Source of the DNA: Epiperipatus broadwayi
Lineage: Eukaryota; Animalia; Onychophora
NCBI GenBank assembly: GCA_028023455.1
Contig: JAQFVV010000002.1
Location: forward strand, 6,262,001 to 6,326,000
Direction of reading: 5' to 3'
Length of the DNA stretch: 64,000 bases
Part shown: positions 1 through 12,339 of the stretch, piece after piece
Numbering within the stretch: position 1 is the first letter of the stretch
Layout: every line of letters begins with the position of its first letter
Position numbers and translations under genes: made by a program
The notes under the pieces: generated by a model
Told to the model about the DNA's origin: nothing
The model's input: the letters and a program-made list of their open reading frames with translations, nothing else
Databases searched by the model: none

Positions 1-826
1 TAAAATAATTCTCTAATAGCAATGAAAGTATTTATACAAATAATAAGATTTTATTTTGAGCTTTATTTAAACAATTAAATAAAACCTAATTGAAAGTTAA
101 ATTTTTAATTTACATTAATAGATATAAAATAGTATTTTATTATATATAAATATAAAAACATATTTCTTATTATATCAAAGTAATATATATTTAATTGTAT
201 ATATATATAACAAGCTTTAAATACATCAACTAGTAATATTTCATTTATAAATTTAATTATAAATATTTAATTAAGAAAGTTAATATTTATACCATCAACT
301 CACAAAAAAAAAAAAGGTGAGTCATAAGAAATTATTTTTATCTTAATGTTATTGTTATATTATAAATTGAAATCTTATTTTTATCTAATTATATTACATT
401 CATTACCAAATTGATCCATCAAAAAGTTGGCAAATTTTTACTACTCTAATTATGCAAAGTAGAAAGCAATTAGCTTTAAAAATTGTTGTTTTTACAAGTG
501 GTTTGAGTTTGAAAAGGTTTGAATAAATGTTGACTTTGAGTCTAAGTTTTGAAAAAAAATCTGATGAAAAAATTAGTGTTAATTTTATTCTAAAAAGAGA
601 AAAGGTATGTATCAGTTTGAAGATTCAGGAAGTTTTAAAGAAAAAATGTTCTTTACTTATCTCTGCATACATAGTTATAAAACAAAGAATCTAATCCCCC
701 CAATATAAAGCTACATAACTAATGGAATGTTTTTAAAAAATATGGAAAGTATTCAAATTCAATGTTAACGACAATGCCTTTTTAACTTAGATTCACGAAT
801 ATGAAGGATTTATAATTTCTATATTA

Positions 827-1655
827 AATCTGTAAATATATTAAATTCATTAAGTGCAAGCAAATGATATAATAATAAATAGAAGGCTGAAACCTTTGAC
901 TGATGCATCTTAAAAATGTTTATGTGACATCCAATCAGATGTAATCATGACTGCACATGGAACTCTCAATTCAAAAACACAAGCCAGAAATACGAGAAAA
1001 AGATGGAACTACCTTCTTCTCTATTTAAATTTATATATAAATAAATCAGACTCAAGCATTCTGAACTAAGAGTGTGAAGCTTAAAACACCACATTTAATT
1101 GACTAAATATTATATAAATAAACAATGTGAAATCTTTCGATTTACTACGAAGTAATTTTCAAATCTAATGAAAAAATAGTAACAAATGTAAATATATTAA
1201 ATTTATTAAGCACAAGCAGATGATATAATAACAATGTGAAAGGCTGAAACCTTTGACTGATGTGCCTTAAAAATGCTTAAGTGACAACCAATCAGATGTA
1301 ATAATGACTGCACATAGAACTCTCGATTCAAAAACACAAGCCAGAAATATGAGAAAAAGATGGAATTATCTTCTTCTCTACTTAAATTTATATATAAATA
1401 AGTTTATATATAATATTTAGTGAATTAAATGTGAAGTTGTTTTAAGTTTCACGCTCTTAGTTCAGAATGCTTGAGTCTGGCTTATTTATATATAAATTTA
1501 AGTAGAGAAGAAGGTGGTTCCATCTTTTTTTCATATTTCTGGCTTGTGTTTTTGAATTGAGAGTTCCACATGCAGTCATTATTACATCTCATTATCTGTC
1601 ACTTAAGCATTTTTAAAATGCATCAGTCAAAGGTTTCAGCCTTCGACATTATTAA
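827..1655. repeat. Three copies of a ~220-300 bp unit: two direct (827-1123, 1185-1402) and one inverted (1408-1655); probable decayed Penelope-like pLTR fragments
   Basis: The shared string aaggctgaaacctttgactgatg...caaaaacacaagccagaaat...ttcttctcta occurs twice on + and once on -. The inverted copy reads ttaataatgtcgaaggctgaaac, resembling a decayed CTGATGA..GGC.GAAAC motif. Confidence 0.8.
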
Positions 1656-2334
1656 ATCTCTAAAAAAGTTTATATAAAATATATAATGTAAAGAAATGAC
1701 ACATATCTTTCTATCTATTTTCTTGAGGGTTCTTTATCCAGGATTGACTTGAAAGGCAGTTTACAAGTCTCTAGTACTTAGTTCTATGAGTGAAAAAAAA
1801 AATTCTGGGAAACTGGATTCTATGATTGAAAGAATTTTTGAACCTGGATGGAAAAACATAATTCTTTTGAAATATATTTACAGAATTATTTCTATTGCTA
1901 ATTTCATAATGAATAATGCCTTTAATTTATATTACATTTTCTATTATGAATTTTGATGTGTATTGTAACGAAACAGGTTTTGATCTTATATGATAGTAGA
2001 CTAACTAAATCATCAAAGTGGGTAAGAGAGTTTATCAAGGGTTTCTAAATATAAATACACATACCCACTCTATCTCATTCCTGGGAGATTATGTATTAAT
2101 ACTCAAACATGTGTCAAACTATACCCATATATTCATCTTGTTCTTTCCATCTTTAATTTCCGTTATTCCCAGATTTCAAACTCAAGAAGAATATACATAA
2201 TCATCTGGTTTAAGGTACATCAATATCACTTGATGTGTGGGTATGTGCAAATATGTGTAAGTGTATGAGGATATGTGTATGTGAGAATATATGACAAATT
2301 GAGGACTAACTATAGAAAATTACAAACAATAGAC

Positions 2335-2731
2335 CAGGGGTCCCCAACCTTTTCACACTTAAGAGCACATTCTATAATACTGGCCAGGTGGCAGGCACCA
2401 TTTATTTTTTCAACCAGGTGGTGGGCACCATTTATTTTTTCAATGTAAATTTATAGTTGGATATTGTTAATAACACACATAATGTACAAAAAAATATTTA
2501 TTTCAAAAATAAAATTTTAACATATAATTAACGTTTATATTTTTACGCTGTAAAAGTATAGTATGCCCTACAATTTGATTACAATATAATACAATAATTT
2601 ATAAGAAATTTTAAAAATTAAATTTATTTGTATCAGATAAATAATTTTTATCGTATTCGGATAGTGGTGGGCACACGTAAAATAGTCTGCGGGTGCCATG
2701 GTGCCCATGGGCATAGGGTTGGGAACCCATG
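2335..2731. mobile_element. hAT-superfamily (Charlie/Buster-like) non-autonomous MITE, 397 bp
   Basis: Terminal inverted repeats CAGGGGTCCCCAACC / GGTTGGGAACCCATG; 8-bp TSD CAATAGAC (2327-2334) / CAATAGAT (2732-2739) with central TA; no ORF. Confidence 0.9.
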
Positions 2732-2829
2732 CAATAGATTTTAATTTAAAAATATATATTTAACAAGTTCAGTTAGCATAAATTTGGTAACAAAGACATA
2801 ACAAAAATAAATAATTTATTTAACCACTG

Positions 2830-4170
2830 ATGAATTTTCTTTGACTATTAGTATTTATAATTATTGGTCCAACTGCTTGTTCCCTTCAAAGAATAATCAT
2901 TTGATGTCAACATTAATGCAAAGGAAAATTATTTTATAACTTGTGATTACTTAAGTTACATTTGCTTCCTAATTTATTTGATCAAAATCATAACATTATT
3001 TTTTTCAATAATTTGATCGGTTAATTCATACCAATCATATGTTAGTGACATGGAATACCCCTTTTATTGTGTTTGATTACTATAAAGAGAGGAAAGATCA
3101 TTCACACTGGAGATAATTAATCAGGTACATCGAAAACAAATAATTAAAATGATTAGTAATAATAAACAAACATAAATAAAGGTATCATGGTTCAAGTGTT
3201 GGCAATTAATATACATTAAGGTAAAATTTTATCTCTCCTTTGGTGATGATCGGAGCTGTTCACAAGCAATTTCTTGTCTGAACCTATATTTCATTTAAAA
3301 ATTTACAATAAAGCTAATAATGATTATCCCTTCTCTTACATGTCAACAACTTACACCCCCCCCCTTCAACCTGTAATAAAGAACAGATATAAATGAAGCA
3401 ATTTACATAAAATAAATTTTTAAAAAATTATGTTGTCAATCTAAAAATAATTTTGGAGTTCATTGGGAAAATGTCCTAAAAAGAGATTGTAATTATCCTC
3501 CTTAATCCCTTTCATGTATTAGATAAATGGTGAGATTAGAATGTTCTAGAACATCCATTATGTCGATTATAGTTTATTTTTTAATATGGCCTGCTTTGGG
3601 ATGTAGAATTTGTCATTTCATTTCTCAATAGTAGAGTTGGTGTTTCATAGTGTAGATGATAAATACTATGTCAAATTAACTTCAGTTTTGAGAAGTACAG
3701 CTTCATAAGTGACAACTTTCTTCCCTTGATGTCAATTCACAATTAGCAATGCATGGTTGTATGTGTTGCTCTTTATATATATTTAATAAAATATCTTGAG
3801 TGAATTAAAAAAGCAATACCTTTAGGGTTAGATATCTCGGGTTAGAGTTAATTTAATCTCTGGCTTAAAGGTGAAAATACTTAGGAGTTGTTGAGTAACT
3901 TAAAGCTAATTTTGGAGATTTTTACTTTAGAATCCCTTAGTTGGCTAGCTTTACTCAATATCCAAAGATGTTTCACTTTAATGGCAGTTGAATTCTCTAT
4001 TCAAACTGCAAGTTTGATTTCTCCATTCACATTTTGTGCAAGTTGTTCAGCCAATGAGATTTTTGTCTGATCTTTGAGAAGAAGCTCGTTTGTTTTTATA
4101 TTTCTACAATCACCAAAATGATGATGTCCAATATAATATTATTTTGATGACTTCAACTAGCAGGTTTGTG
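2830..4170 (-). pseudogene. Heavily decayed non-LTR retrotransposon remnant (ORF1-like and RT-like traces)
   Basis: Minus-strand translations give KHLWILSKASQLRDSKVKIS (ORF1-like), FRQEIACEQL (resembles GFR..SC..QL) and a QG..GPII-like segment. Many stops. Confidence 0.3.
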
Positions 4171-5329
4171 GCTATGACTTGGATTAATTATTTACTCATT
4201 AGTTGTGATTATTATATATATTAATAACAAAAAAAAGATATTTATTTTTTTCTTTTAAATAATATTTATTTTATTGCATCTAAATCTATCTGATCATATT
4301 TCCCTCATATTGTTATAATGTATATGAGTTACATAACAATTGACAGATTTTTTAACAAATGTTGGTGTTTGTGTATACATTTTGTGGTTTAATTAAGATA
4401 ATGTATTTATCCTAAAAATAAATTAGATGTTTAATTGGAGAAAATAATTAATTGTTTCTCAGTTACAGTACTTATGGTTAGTTTCATTTTTTTCTTTAAT
4501 GAATTTTAATTGCTTTTCAATCTCTAATGAGATTATGTTATGGTTAGTTGAGAATGTTGTTAAAATGGGTCTTGGATTCAAATTAGGAAAAGAGTATTTT
4601 TAATGGTATTGGAATGATGTAAGGTTACATCTTACAGTATATATATTCTGAAAAGATTCTTACAAAGAGGTTTTGATTTTTTTTTTTTGTTGATGTTGTT
4701 TTTACTTTTTATTAAAATTAACAATAATTATTTAAATTATAATAAATTACCTTTTTTTTAGAATTTGTTTTTTCTATGTTATTGAATGATAATTCATATA
4801 ATTGTTTAAGGATTAACAATGTTCTACAAATATAAAAATAAGGAAGTAAAGGAATGCTTTTATATTAATAACTTATTGATACTCTTTTTAATTTCTAAAA
4901 TATAAATATGTATGATTGTTTAATATATATTAAATTAAAGCTGTTTTTTATTTATAATCTATAACCTTAAGACCCAATAATCTTTTTCCTGAAAATATAT
5001 AACTTTAGTTTTATTTTTTGAAATTTGATTGTGTAGCATTATAATTTATTAATTTTTTTGCATTTAAAACGAACAATTTTTTTTTTTTTTTTGCATTTAA
5101 GGCAAAGAAGAAAAACATAGATAATTTATACTTCACTAAATAGCAATGTTAAATCATAGAAGTACAAATAATCAAATCATATTATAGGAATTAATAAAAG
5201 TTATTTTTAATGGAAATTATTATTTTTTTTAGAGATTATTTTTATAAAAAATACAATATCACATGACTCATGCTTACATATTACTGTTTTAATAGCATAC
5301 TTTTTTTATCATCTTTACACCACTTACTG

Positions 5330-5810
5330 TATGCTTCAGTAAGTAATAGATGCAAAGTGATAGGGCTTAATAAATCCTTATTCTGTATTGTCCTATCCAA
5401 TATCTCCAGATTAGCTTCAAGTTTATGGCTTTTATTAATAGAAGTTCTGGATTTTGGAACAATACATCTAGACCTTTAGGATGTAATGCACTTTTCCTCT
5501 AATAACTATTGTTTACTTCTTTGATATATTTTTAAACTATCAGTTAAGACTGAAAAACATATAAGTGTTTTCAATCCTGGCCAACTTGCTTGTATGGCTT
5601 AGAAATCTGAAACAAGTTCAGTTTCTATATATTATGATGTTCTTAATTTTTTAACAGCAACAAGCACTTCTATTCTGTGGTAGAATTTGGTATAAATTGA
5701 TAAAGTATTACATAACTCTATCACCTGACTCCCATTTACATACTGCCATGAGCTTGAAAATAATTTGGGATATTGGATAGGACAGAATAGGGATTTATTA
5801 AACACTATAA
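5330..5810. repeat. Inverted pair of decayed Penelope-like pLTR copies (5330-5442 minus, ~5740-5810 plus), same family as the 40205 hammerhead
   Basis: The minus copy attaataaaagccataaacttgaagctaatctggagatattggat aligns without gaps to actgatgaaggccacaagccagaaactagtctggggatattggat at 40209. The plus copy reads gccatgagcttgaaaataatttgggatattggatagg. Confidence 0.65.
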
Positions 5811-6579
5811 TCTGAAATTTATTAATTATTAAAGCTTGCAATATGATGGGGGAAAAATGCTGATAAAAGATTATTTTTCTGTAGAATTTATGTAAATATT
5901 TAATCTGGAAAAAGTAGTTTATAATAATACTGAAATTTTAAAGGATTATATGAATGTTAAAATATATATAAACATATTGGCACAGTTATTTATTTACTGT
6001 CAGTTGATGTTCAAAATCATATCGAATAAAGATTGATTTTTTTTCTTAAGATCAGCTCAGATTTAGGATGGGTTTTTTTTCAATATCTAACCCATAGACA
6101 ATTCATTCAAATATTGGTTAGTAAATGGCATATATTTATTTTTAGCTATATAGTAAAACAAGGATGAAAAACTTCACAATGTTTTTCACCCAGCAATTGA
6201 AAAACCCATCATTTGCATGAACTGTTGGAGAGCTCTTTGCCTCATAGTAAGTTATGTAAAGGTTGATTTATCTTTTATATCTTATTTTTTCTGCCAATTA
6301 TTATGTCATGAAATTATTCTTGCAATATTTACTTAGATTTTAATAACTGAAACATAGGCTTGTTATATACCTGTCTATATATATATATTCTAACCTCCCC
6401 CCGCACGTTCTCACCGCAAAATATACTGTTTATTACGAATATTACGGGTTCTAGCTCAGTTAACAAATAAATAAATGAAATATTCAGCATTAATTAAAAT
6501 GCTTACTAGCTTTAATTTTTAAAATATAAATTTGATTCAATTTTAAAATGAATTAACAAATATTTACTATTTTCATGAG

Positions 6580-8720
6580 ACATGGAGTGACAATACGGGG
6601 AACGAGATAGACTACATTGAGACATTATCCACACGATACTACCTCAATGGCATAAGAACACTATTCCCCCTTTTTACTATACCAAATAACTAACTCATAG
6701 TATTCTTACGACTTTCTAAGCTCTATTCACTACGATTAAAATAATAATCATATCTTAATCTTCTTTATAACAAGAATCTAGCTCAATTAAATAAAATAAA
6801 ATAAAATCTCAGGTTCATAAATTGTATTCTAACTGATTTAAAATTACGGTAGTAAAATATGAAAAGGGAATTTTATGTCATAATCTACTACACAGCAACT
6901 AACAATAATAAAATAATAATAACAATAATAAATATGATATAATCTTATTTCTTCCTAAATGAAATAAATAAATACGTACGTGGTAGTATTTTAATAATCT
7001 GACAACAGAATACGTGTGGCAACATTAGCATATAATTTAATGTAATATTGTGGCAACCGACTTATGACCAATAAATAATATAAAATTATGATCTTTTATT
7101 TTTTAACATACCAATAAATTCTCAAAATTCTTATAACACTTTTACGTTTACCTTTTGTGCAAAACCTATATGTCTGTTTCAATTATAAATGTATCGTGAT
7201 TTCATGCATCCATGTGGAGAAATAACAACGCGGACACAAAACTTTAAAATAAATTTAAAAAACAAAGTTTATTAACAACATAAATAAATTAACAATATTT
7301 TTACACTATGTACATTGGATATCCCTTACTTTCATATCTCACTTAGTTTATTAGTTTATAAATGAAATCAAAATAGTAATTACTTTTCCTAGTTAAATCT
7401 TATTTTTAAAACGCTTAAGAAAATACAGTATAATTACTTGATTTATTATTATGGTTAGCTTATTACAAAATGTATTTCTTATATGATTATCACAAACACT
7501 TTCATCCCTAATATTATTAAAATTATATTTTTCTACAAAATTTACATTCGTAGTAAAATTCTACAAAATAACAAATTTTAGTTTTATATTGGTTGTATGG
7601 AATCTTACAAAGTCAAAACATTGTTCTACATTCGGTATTAAGTTTTTATTGTTCATTATCCGATGTTTATTAATCCTAATATTCTCATTCAAGCCTTACT
7701 TTGGATGATATAATTACAACTATTAATATACCATGCACAAGTATATGTTTATTATACCTTATTGAACTATTTTCTTAATAAATATGCAATACTTATTTTC
7801 TAAATATTATTAAAAAAAAATTCATTCAAATTTTATTATCACTTTTAAATACTTGGTTTAGATTTCTTTTCAAAAAAAAAAATCTTATCTTCATTTCCGA
7901 ATTAATTTTACAATGTATTATATGATTATTTCTCTCTTTATGATATTTTGGACTTTCAATTTTAAAGTTACACAATTCTATACATTCCAGCAAATAAACT
8001 ATTCTTACATAAACGATAACATATCTTCAGTTCTATTTTATTCATTATTTCTTTGAAAATATCTTTTTGACCGATGCAGATTCACGAAATAAGGATAGCG
8101 AAGATAGATGCATAGGATCAAAATATAACTAGAATATTACTCATCATAAACCTTGACAATCATGGCACAGTGAATTAAAAGACACTATAGAGGAGTGACC
8201 TTTACCTGTCTACCAACCTCTATCATAGGAACGATGCTAAAGCTATTTCTTCAGCTTTATTATAACATCAAAAAGTTTAAAGATATGCAAAAACACTGTC
8301 CAAACTATATGTGTTCAGTCATAGGGCTTAGTTAACTATACTGAAATCACACAAAACTAAATATGATCCAAATACTTTATTTTCCTATTTCTTAAAAAAA
8401 AAAAAAAAATCATCTTGGTTTCCTCTCCACTAGTACTTCCAAGTCACTATCCGATCTTATTTCTCAAGATTTTTCTATACTGTACATCGACAAATACATA
8501 TCTGCATTACTAACAATAATAAAATTCATTTATTTTAAAACTATTCCACTGTTCTATAAGAAAATCTTTTTACTACTTTCCTCGTATATTTAATCATATA
8601 CAGACTACTTAATTATCTGAATACTTTATCCCATGAAAGTTCAAAAGAATCACACAATTGTTCTGTTAAATTATATTATTAATATACTTTAAATAAATTA
8701 TTGCATGCATATTCCAAATT
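6580..8720 (+). pseudogene. Decayed RTE-like LINE ORF2 remnant (APE end and RT traces)
   Basis: TWSDNTGNEIDYI at ~6582 matches the APE C-terminal TW...NEIDY motif; RT-like traces further downstream are weak; no open frame. Confidence 0.35.
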
Positions 8721-9299
8721 ACTCCTATCTCATTATATGTTAAAAATGTTGTATAAAATGTGTACATATAATTTAAACTTTCACACTTCATTCTTAATCA
8801 ATAGATGATCTAAAAAAAAAATACATTATGCATTATAAATAAATATCAAAATTACCAAACGATCTTTATCTTCTCGATCGCGTTCCGTAGGCTTCACCAT
8901 CCCATTGATCCTTGTAGATATAATATTCACATCCATACACTTTATTTTAAACAATATTTCTATAATTTTATCAAGCTATTATATTTAAATTTTAATATTA
9001 CTAAATTTATGTTTATATGTTTTCCCTAATCTCACATAACATTTTATATTTAAAATAAATTAGTAAAAATATTTAAACTATATTTACTGTACTTCTTTAT
9101 CAACTTTTCTTGAAAACCGTTCATATTAAAGCTAAAAAAAAAATGTTTATTATTTCTTCATCAGTCACTTAATGTTCTATTTTAAGGCAAAACAATTATT
9201 GCTCTGTTTAATAAATATTCATAGACGACAATCCTTGGTTTTTCCTAATATTTAATACCATTATTAATTATGATATCAATTAATCCCGTAAAGAAAACT

Positions 9300-10000
9300 T
9301 CTAAATATTTTCTTCTAATCTTTTCTGCTAATATTTTCCCGTGTGACTTTTATGATGCATCTTCTAGGTACTTTTATTTAAATATTCAATAAAATTTTTC
9401 TGTTTCCATGGATCCATTTTCATTAATTAACTTAAATTTATATTTTCTAAATCAAGCATTTCTCCAATGAACACTTTATAACATTTTTAATTTTTCTTAG
9501 AGAAAGTTTTTCTGTTCCTTTTTTTATTATAAAAAAACACAATAGCTCTTTCATATCATTCTTCGGTAATTTTCCCTTTCTTTTAAAGTTCGGGTACTAT
9601 ATACTTTGTAATATTTCCTTTAAAAAGGACAAACATTTTTTTCTCATTATAACTTTTACATAATTCTTTATAATATACAGCATCTTAATTTTCCCATAGA
9701 GAAGAATAAAAAAAAACTTTAGAGTAGCCTTATAAATTTGTGCATCATAATTTTTTCCTGACAGCAAATAACTTCTCTTTTAAGTTTTCGTATAGTGTCC
9801 TAATTATATTCCTCTGAGTTACAATAATAAGTTTTTGGTTGAGCATAAATAAAGCTGTATCAAGGCACTTTCCAAATATTTTTCCTTTAACAATATTTTT
9901 ATATACTGTTTTCTGTAGTATTTCCATTTTCACTGTAAGGTTTTGGCTAAACTTGAATAAAATTACTGGCAAGAAAACTTTTAAAATTAGCCCTTCATGT
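9300..10000 (-). pseudogene. Possible decayed RTE-like RT fragment
   Basis: Minus-strand NIIRTLYENLK (track ORF 9745-9972) and KVPRRCIIKVTRENISR resemble RTE RT and post-RT segments; weak. Confidence 0.25.
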
Positions 10001-11076
10001 AAAGGCAGTCAAAATATTATATGTTAAAGAAAACTTTTAAAATAAATACAAAATTTTAAAATTATATCACTTTTCTAGCTTACGGTCTTATCCAGCTAAA
10101 AAAATATGTTACTTCCTCCTTCACTTATACATTACATTCTCCCGCTTCGTCTAATTCTTATATCTTGTCTGCTAAATACCTCCGTTGATTGGTTAATGAC
10201 TTTTTTTAGCGCGAACAAATTTACACATTTTAGTTTTATAATAGATTAAGCCCTTTAAAATAAAGAATTTATGACATCATGTCTTAAATATTATTTAGAA
10301 TAGTATTTTTTTTAACTCAATTATAATTTTATCAAATCATTTAAACTTTAAAACAATTATTAAAATATCATTTAATATTTCAACTTTTACTTTAACGATC
10401 GATAGCAATTACATTTAGTTCCATAATTCACAAACTTTATTATTATTCTAACAAGCGTGTGTGTGAAGGTATATAATATACAGTCACATGATTACTAACT
10501 TTATCAGATGATTTTTTAATTTACGTCTCGGTCTAAATTACCAAAACTGATATATTTTATAAAAAAATTTGGAAAATAATTTAAAAATGTAGAACTAAAT
10601 ATAATTCTCACCATCATAAAGTTTATTTTAAAATATATTAGATTAAATTTTGACTATTAAATATAATTATAATACTACATATAGCATTTATTTAATTTAT
10701 TAGTTTTAAAACATCATACTCGAATTATTAATATATTTTTAACTATTTATAGCTGTGTTATTTTATATGGCCAGCTTTTACAACCATAAGCAAGGATATA
10801 ATTAAGTTTTATTTAACTGTTTCCCTAAAATAATCCATTACACTTTTACATACCAGGTATTTTCAGCCTTAAATTGTACTATAAAATCTAATTATCCTAC
10901 TATTATTTATATATCATACAAACATATCTTAAAATTTAAAATTTTTTAGTAATTGACCATTCTACCTTATTATGACCTATAGATAAGGGCACAATATATA
11001 TATATGTTTAGGTGTATCAGTGTTATTAGATAGAGTGGAGAGTGGTGGATTGTGTGAAAGTCTGTCTGTGCTCATA

Positions 11077-11081
<5 letters not shown>

Positions 11082-11164
<83 letters not shown>

Positions 11165-11174
11165 TATATATATA
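11082..11174. repeat. (TA)n microsatellite, ~46 units
   Basis: Read directly; one interruption near 11155. Confidence 0.98.
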
Positions 11175-11331
11175 GGGTATATGAGCACAAACTTTCACAC
11201 CATCCACCACTCTCCACTCTATCTAATAACACTGATACACCTAAACACATATATGCTGAAAAGATAAATAATTACCAATATACGTATTTCATGCACTTAT
11301 ACTATATATGTGTGTAAAGATGATAGTCTGG

Positions 11332-11375
11332 ACCAACTGATGATTGCTGGTTTAGCATGAAATACGTATATTGGT
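11332..11375 (+). ncRNA. Minimal type I hammerhead ribozyme motif (Penelope-type), complete core
   Basis: ACCAA-CTGATGA-T-TGCT(GGTTT)AGCA-T-GAA-ATACGTAT-A-TTGGT: 5-bp stem I, CUGAUGA, 4-bp stem II, GAAA, palindromic helix III AUACGUAU; predicted cleavage AUA after 11370. Confidence 0.8.
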
Positions 11376-11599
11376 GATTATTTATCTTTTCGGCATATAT
11401 GTGTTTAGGTGTATCAGTGTTATTAGATAGAGTGGAGAGTGGTGGGTGGTGTGAAAGTCTGTGCTCATATACCCTATATTATATTTTAAATAAAAGTTTT
11501 GCTCATTAAAATCCTACCATTTTTAATATTGAAAAATAATAAATATTTTTTTTACCAACATTTTTTTGTAATGGCTTACAAATCCACAGTGACAATCAG

Positions 11600-12020
11600 A
11601 AAAAAAGAGAAGACAAAAGAAAATATTTGGAGTGGCTCTAGTGAAGATATAAATTGAAATTATCTAAACCAACTCATCAAATTTGAATAAACATAACCAG
11701 TTTGGATTCAACAAATAAAAAAGTAAAAGTTACCGGCTTATTATTTATTATGACAACAAAGAATAAAAGATGAATAGATCCTGAAGGTATTTGTTTGCAA
11801 AGTATTTGACAATGCATTTCAAAAAACTCATAAACTACATTTGATAACATTAAACATATTAATCCATATTCAACATCATTATTCCAATAACTATATACAA
11901 GGTAATAAAATAGTATAATGTACCAGTGCTAATGGGCAACCACTATACATAAAAAATGGCAAGAATATCTAATGGGTTCAAAACATTGAACATTAAGAAG
12001 TGTTTACTATGGCTGTCACT
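11600..12020 (+). pseudogene. Decayed non-LTR RT fragment
   Basis: HNQFGFNK and FVCKVFDNAFQKL resemble the Q.GFR and D..KAFD.V motifs; frames broken. Confidence 0.4.
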
Positions 12021-12339
12021 TTGGGTTTGTCTAGAATTAAACTTATAAATATTGAAAAGATTTATATTATTATAAATATTATTGAATTAAATAAAATTTT
12101 AAAATATAAATACATAATATCATTGATAACAAGAATAAAATCCATGGGATTTGAGATTCATGTGATCTGAGAGCTCTAGATATTAATCTAAAATTGATCA
12201 GGCACAAGCATGGTATCACCTAAAATTAAGATAACTGTATTTAAAATGCCCTAATAAATATATTGAGTACTCCATAAAGTTAATAGGAATAAAAATTTTA
12301 GCAATAAAAGTGGATCAAAAAAACTCTCTTGAAGAGTTT

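Larger units (their letters stand above)
11001..11474. mobile_element. Penelope-like non-autonomous fold-back element: plus copy 11001-11081, (TA)n, minus copy 11175-11294, 60-nt spacer, plus copy 11355-11474
   Basis: gtttaggtgtatcagtgttattagatagagtggagagtggtg...gtgctcatataccc occurs three times (+,-,+), each with its 3' end abutting TATA. A hammerhead motif spans the spacer/third-copy junction. Confidence 0.85.

Noticed and set aside
10977-11250. ORFs with IYIY repeats
   Set aside because: Translation of the (TA)n microsatellite.
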